The notes below the pieces were generated by a model that did no database searches, had not been told where the DNA came from, and saw nothing but the letters and a program-made list of their open reading frames with translations. A stretch of DNA of 64,000 bases from Eledone cirrhosa (taxonomy: Eukaryota), in NCBI GenBank assembly GCA_964016885.1, contig OZ024757.1:12338001-12402000 (forward strand). Direction: 5' to 3'. A program made the translations under genes and the position numbers. How positions within the stretch are numbered: the first letter of the stretch is position 1; each line of letters starts with the position of its first letter. Of the stretch, positions 52,773-64,000 are shown in pieces.

Positions 52773-55700
52773 ACCCCATCACTGTTAAATGTGAAACACA
52801 CAAACATACAGAAACACTCTGGAAGGAAGAATCTAAAATGTGAAACTTGAAAAATCCTTATTTTATACTTATCATCATCATCATTGTTTTACGTCCATTC
52901 TTCCATGCTAGCATAAGTTAGATGGGTTGTCCTCTTGTGGGCAATGCCAGGTCAGGGAACTGATTTTGGCTTGATTTCTACAGCTGGATGCCCTTCCTAA
53001 CACAAAACCTCATTTACAGTGAGTGCTGGGGGCTTTTTTTACCATGGTACCTACACGAATACTTTACAGTGTGGGCTGGGTGCTTTTTTGTCGTGATATC
53101 TCCATGATCATTTTTGCAGTGGGTGCGGATGGGGACATATTTGGCTATATGCTTCAGCTTCGGCTTGTAGCCATGTGAAGTCGGGTCTTCTGTATTATTG
53201 CATGATGCCAGAGGGCACCGTCCTGCGTCATCACCAATTGGGCAAGGTCAGCTTTTATCACCTCATCCCAGGTCTTCCTGGATCTCCCGACTCCATGGCT
53301 TACATCAAATTTTAGAGGTCTGAACCTGTTAATGCAGTTGTCATCCTTCTTACGCATCTATGTATATATATATATTCCTCAATCAAACAAGAAGTATACT
53401 GCCATAGATTGAAGATTACCACAATAACTAGGGAGTGGGGACAAGACATACCAGACATTCCTACTGAAGAATGGCTCCTGTGGTGGATACCTAAACATAG
53501 TAAGACCCTAATGGGGTGACTGAAAATGACCTACATAGATCAGATGTCTAGGGATGTTCAGCTGGGGATTAATAATATCAAGAATGCCACGAAACAATAT
53601 ATATTAATGAACATTTATTATGGTGAAATATGTTTGAAATTATTCTCAGGTTTTGTATTGTAATCCACAAATACACCCTGTAGAAAGTTCTACTTCATAT
53701 TTGTCATTAAGGTTTCTTATAGAGACACAATCTTATTTTATTGCTGAGGGTGGTGGATTGGCAGAATCTGTAGAGTGTCAGACAACATTATTTGTGTCAT
53801 ATAGTTACATACCTTTATGTTCTGGGTTTAAAAATGTACCAGCAATGCACTGGGATTGATTTAATTGGCATTCCTCTTTCTCTTCCAATTGCTGGGGTTG
53901 ATTTAAAAGTAGAAACATTTATTTAAAGTCTATAAAACAATGGATGGAATGCTTTCTGCCATATTTGTTCTGGTTCTCTGCTCTGAGTTTAAATCCTGCT
54001 GAGGTCAACTTTGCCTTTCATCCATTCAAGGTTGATAACAAAAAAGTACCAGTCTACCACAGGGGTCTGTTCTTCCTCTCTATATTTCTTTCTCACTTCC
54101 TTTCTCTCATTCTCTCTCCTTCTCTGGAAGAAATCACCTATTCCAACCTGGAGAGTGAAGGGTTCCACCAAACTTCAAATGTCCACAGTGACACCCCTAT
54201 GACTCCATCAGTGCAAGAAAAACAAAACAAGATTGATGTGTTTATATGTGTTTATTTTACAAACACTAACTGGTTTATATTTATATTTATGACAAAATAT
54301 CCACATTTATGTGTAAATAAAAACAATTTTATAACTTTAATATTTGTTGATGGTACTTTCATGACAGTTGAAATTATGACTTTTTTTAGAAATAATTCAC
54401 ATTTGAAAATACTTTACAACTTTCTTCTCTTGCCAAACAAAGGTTTGGTAGGACCCTTCAGTTCTGTCAAAGACATGACAACCTCTTTAGTACTGGTGCC
54501 ACAATAAAATACACTCAGTAGAATGTGGGACCATATGTAAGAGAGGTGTGGTCTCCCACTGCACCCTGGTTTGTAAAGACCTGTCCCACCCTTGCTAGCA
54601 AGGAAAGTAGATATTAAATGATGATCTATGATGTCATTGGTGCCAAGCTGTTTCAGCTATTCCTTTGGACAACATTACATATAATGTGTATGTAGTATAT
54701 ATATAGTGTATATATTGTAGCACGTACACTATATACATAGAATTTATATGTATATATATAGTGTATATGTAGCACATACACTATATACATAGTATTTATA
54801 TCTATATATATAGTGTATATTTTGTGTATATGTAGCATATACACTATATACATAGTATTTATATATATAGTGTATATATTGTGTATATGTAACATGTACA
54901 CTATATACATAGTATTTATATGTATATATATAGTGTATATGTATCACATACACTATATACATAGCATATATATATATATAGTGTATATTTGTGTATCATC
55001 ATACTATTCCATGCTTGCATGGGTTGGACGGGTCCTTCTTATAACGACATCTCTCCACTAGATGCATTCCTTCGTCATCTCTTCCAGTCTTCACGATTTG
55101 AGTTAAGCTCTCACAATATTTGCCCCTGACTTTCTTGGTCATCCTCTACTGCAGCTTCCTTCCACTAGGAATTCCTCAGCTAGTCCAAGCTCTGTATTTC
55201 TCTTACATATACGTTGCAGATGCAACAAAACATGGTTGCTTAATTTTTCTCCAGTCTGATCGCATCAGCTGCAGTCACAGCCCATGTTTCTCTACCATGC
55301 AGTATTGTGCACTTCACACAGGCTTTATACACCCTTCCTTTTGTGTGTAGGGAGAAACCTTATGTTATCAGCAGTAGTAGTTCACTAAACTTCCATCCTA
55401 TCCTTATTCAAGCCAGTCTACTCTTGGCACACCGTCCTCTGCTGTTGATTAGGTCACCTAGATAGCAGAAGCTATCAACCACATCAATAGATCATTCCTG
55501 TGACTGGAAACGGCTTATAACAGTAGCACTCTTCCTCTCAATTTCTGCTGTGCTGCCTAACCAACCACTTCCTCTCTGTCCCTACACTGCTGATTTCCTT
55601 CTCAAAATTAGAAAGACAACAGCCCACTTGAGGAAGGAGACCCATGAGGTGGGTGTCTCTGGCTATTCTTTGTGGTAACACCGTTGTCATTTTGTCTGTA

Positions 55701-55984
55701 GGGTGGGGCTGCATCACAGCTCAGACGCGAATATAGTGTCTGTCCCTCACCCTCTCCCATTATTTTCGTTGCTAGATACGTTTTCGTTACTATATAAAAT
55801 ATAATTAGATTAATTAAAGTTATAATTAAGATAGCAGGTCGTTGACAATGTTTTCCTTTCCGGTTTTTGACCGGTGTCATACGTTAAAAGTCCCTAATAT
55901 AATTTAAAATATAAATATATTGCCTGTACGTTGATAAACACACACTCTCTCGTGTGTAATCGTTTCTTATATTATATATATATA

Positions 55985-56310
55985 TATGTATAAATATTTC
56001 GTATCTCCAAGGAAATACGGTTTTAGGAAGCCGTAGCTATGCAAACACTAGGGGACTAACGCCCTCTGGTGATGTCCAGCAGAAGCAAGGGGGACAACCG
56101 TCTATGCCTTTCAGGCTTTACTGGCCTCCGTCAGGACGGTCCCTCCCACCGCTTGCGACTTTAGTCGCACCAGTTAAGCCTGAAAGGCATAGACGGTTGT
56201 CCCCCTTGCTACTGCTGGACATCACCAGAGGGCGTTAGCCCCACCGGTGTTTGCATAGCTACGGCTTCCTAAAACCGTATTTCCTTGGAGATACGAAATA
56301 TTTATACATA
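55985..56310. repeat. Foldback palindrome (~140-bp arms) with a degenerate hammerhead at 56097-56140 (-)
   Basis: Arms 55985-56124 / 56170-56310; ACCGTC-CTGACGG-AGGC cagtaaa GCCT-GAAA-GGCA-TA-GACGGT. Confidence 0.88.
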
Positions 56311-56345
56311 TTGTATAAAGTTATGCTTGAAGCGAAATCCTATTT

Positions 56346-56392
<47 letters not shown>

Positions 56393-58939
56393 TGGTGGTC
56401 ATCGATCTGTCCAGTTCGTTTGTCTAACAGCGTATCAGTAAAAAATTATACATTTTCTATGTATTTTCTCTAAGGAGAACATGTTTTGCCTACATAAAAC
56501 TTTGATCTTCGAAATATATATAATGAAATAAATAGAGATGATATAAAGTATATATATTCCGTTTATTACTAATATTATAATATATATATATAATAGTTTA
56601 TTGTCACGGCAGGAAAACCTTTAATTATAAGTTTACTTGATCATACTAACCTGGGACTTAATTTAAGCCAGACGGTGTTGTCTCCATTAGCACTAATCAC
56701 TGTGTTTAGTTAAGCCTTTATCATTAACGTTACTCTATATTTACTATTATATTTTCGCAGTAAACATAATTATCTCACAAAATATTGAATCTATGAGATT
56801 TTGAAATTATTTATTTTGGGAACAATACCTTAACATCAGCATGAGCGGCTTGTTAGGGTCAGTTAGAACAGAAAATGTAAGAGAATTCTGGCCAGATACG
56901 GACGGTTTAAATAAATGATTTAATAAATAACAGCTCTATTGAAACACTACTGTGTTGTTCTGAGATGATTTCAGTAGAATTTCAAATGGTAGAAGGACAA
57001 ATATATTCTACATTTACTTTAATATAGATTTAAACAAAGATAGTAGAATGACAGAATTGGTAGAGTGTCACATAACCTGCCATTGCAGTATTTGTCCTGG
57101 TTTTTAATATTTTGAGTTCAAATTCCACTGAGGTAAATTTTATATTTTATTCTTCTAGGCTGGATAAAATATATTATATGTACTACGGTTGATTTAATAA
57201 ACTTTGCCCTTCCCCCAAAATTGGTGGTTTTGAGCCTAATTTACAAATAAATAGAGATTTAACGAGTTTGTTGCTTCAAATTTCTCAAAACCCTTTTATT
57301 TAGTGTGACTAGTGCAGTAAATTGGCAGTAATCGGTAGAGCGTCAGACAACAAGCTTTGCATCATATAGTTATGTCCTGTTACGTTCTGAGTTCAAATCA
57401 TGTGGAGGGTAGCTTTCCCTTTCATCCATACATGGTTGATAAAATAAAGTACCAGTAATGCACTGAGGTTGATTAAAGTTTCTTCACCCCCAATATTATT
57501 GGGCCTGTGCCTACATCAAATACCATTATTTACTGTGTCTAACAACACTCAGTAACCTATACTATCACTACCCCAATGATACCAGCCAATAGTGTCTAAA
57601 AATTCTCTCTGCCCTGCAGAAACCCAGGAACCAGTTGCCTCATGCTCCTGGCTAAGGACAGAATGGAGAAAGGGGTAACCTGGAGGATAGTGAGGGAGGT
57701 GTGTTGAAGTAAGCATTAAAACCTCTTGGGGGCCTAACAAGTTTTAAAAACAACAACGTCCAATAGAATTTTAAACATTTCAAATACCAATGAAGTGTTT
57801 GTGTTTGATTTATTCTAACTACTTTCAAGATATCATTACATATGGTGTTCATAACAGATATTTAGATGGGAAAATAACAAAAATATGGAATCATAGACTG
57901 GACAAATTCCTCAAATGTAACTCTTTACTTAACAAAAATAGATTGAATATCAGGAGATAAATATAATTTATTTATCATCATTATCATCATCATTTTACGC
58001 CCGCTTTACCCTGCCTGCAAGGGTGGGACGGGAACTGATTCTGGGTTTATTATATATTATGAAAATAATTTACTCAAAAAAGAAAGAAGAATAAAACTCA
58101 GAAAAGATATATACATTGCATCAATTACACACCACAAGAGGGAATGTTAGTGTTGACCTCTAACATATCAGAGATAAGACACAGCATTACCTCAGATGAT
58201 AGAGGGTCCTCCACTAATGCAATACAACAGGGAATGTTGGTGTTGACCTCTAGTATTTCTGAGACACAGCATTACCTCAGGTTATAGAGGGTCCTCCACT
58301 AATGCAATGCAACAGGGAATGTTGGTGTTGACCTCTAGTATTTCTGAGACACAGCATTACCTCAGGTGATAGAGGGTCCTCCACTAATGCAATACAACAG
58401 GGAATGTTGGTGTTGACCTCTAGTATTTCTGAGACACAGCATTACCTCAGGTGATAGAGTCTCTCACTAATGCAATACAACAGGGAATGTTGGTGCTGAC
58501 CTCTAGTATTTCTGAGACACAGCATTACCTCAGGTGATAGAGAGTCTCCCACTAATGCAATACAACAGGGAATGTTGGTGTTGACCTCTAGTATTTCTGA
58601 GACACAGCATTACCTCAGGTGATAGAGAGTCTCTCACTAATGTAATACAACAGGAAATGTTGGTGCTGACCTCTAGTATTTCTGAGACACAGCATTACCT
58701 CAGGTGATAGAGAGTCTCTCACTAATGCAATACAACAGGGAATTTTAGGTATTACCGGAAAAAAAGAAATTTTACATTTATATCATTAAAAATGAATTTA
58801 GGAAGACAAAAGTTAGACATGCAAAGAATTTTGTTTCCAGTTAAAAACATATTTAAGAAATGGAGTCTGTAGAAGTGTTATGGTTACATTTTTGATGTTG
58901 GTGGACAATAAGTTTAGACTAGTAAAAGGAAGGGTATCT

Positions 58940-64000
<5,061 letters not shown>

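Noticed and set aside
53944-54507. 187-aa ORF
   Set aside because: Begins in a SINE and is split in the paralog (1557-2125); no recognisable domain

Overview
AT-rich eukaryotic (animal) genomic DNA full of (TA)n microsatellites, most likely cephalopod/octopus-like (inferred from the CEICGKSF-type C2H2 arrays and the SINE/RTE content, not verified). The window is a cluster of C2H2 zinc-finger genes: two with open ORFs (28957-29850 minus, 52011-52772 plus) and about five frameshifted or interrupted copies. They are arranged by two large inverted segmental duplications (about 225-4650 vs 51625-55555; about 27190-34482 vs 37763-43870) plus an older third paralogous block (56930-60300). Between the genes lie RTE-clade LINEs with a PHD finger inside ORF2, a Penelope (RT + GIY-YIG) element, CRE and Ty3/gypsy remnants, tRNA-derived SINEs, a TTAA MITE, a non-autonomous Helitron and many minisatellites. 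The most notable feature, absent from the ORF track, is about a dozen intact, degenerate or half type I hammerhead ribozyme motifs. They sit in non-coding ~466-530 bp units that occur as tandem arrays, circular permutations and foldbacks inside (TA)n tracts (retrozyme / Penelope pLTR-like). One family carries a conserved octamer/TATA promoter-like block just upstream of its ribozyme and shows stem covariation between subfamilies. All coordinates were read by eye; element boundaries are approximate.
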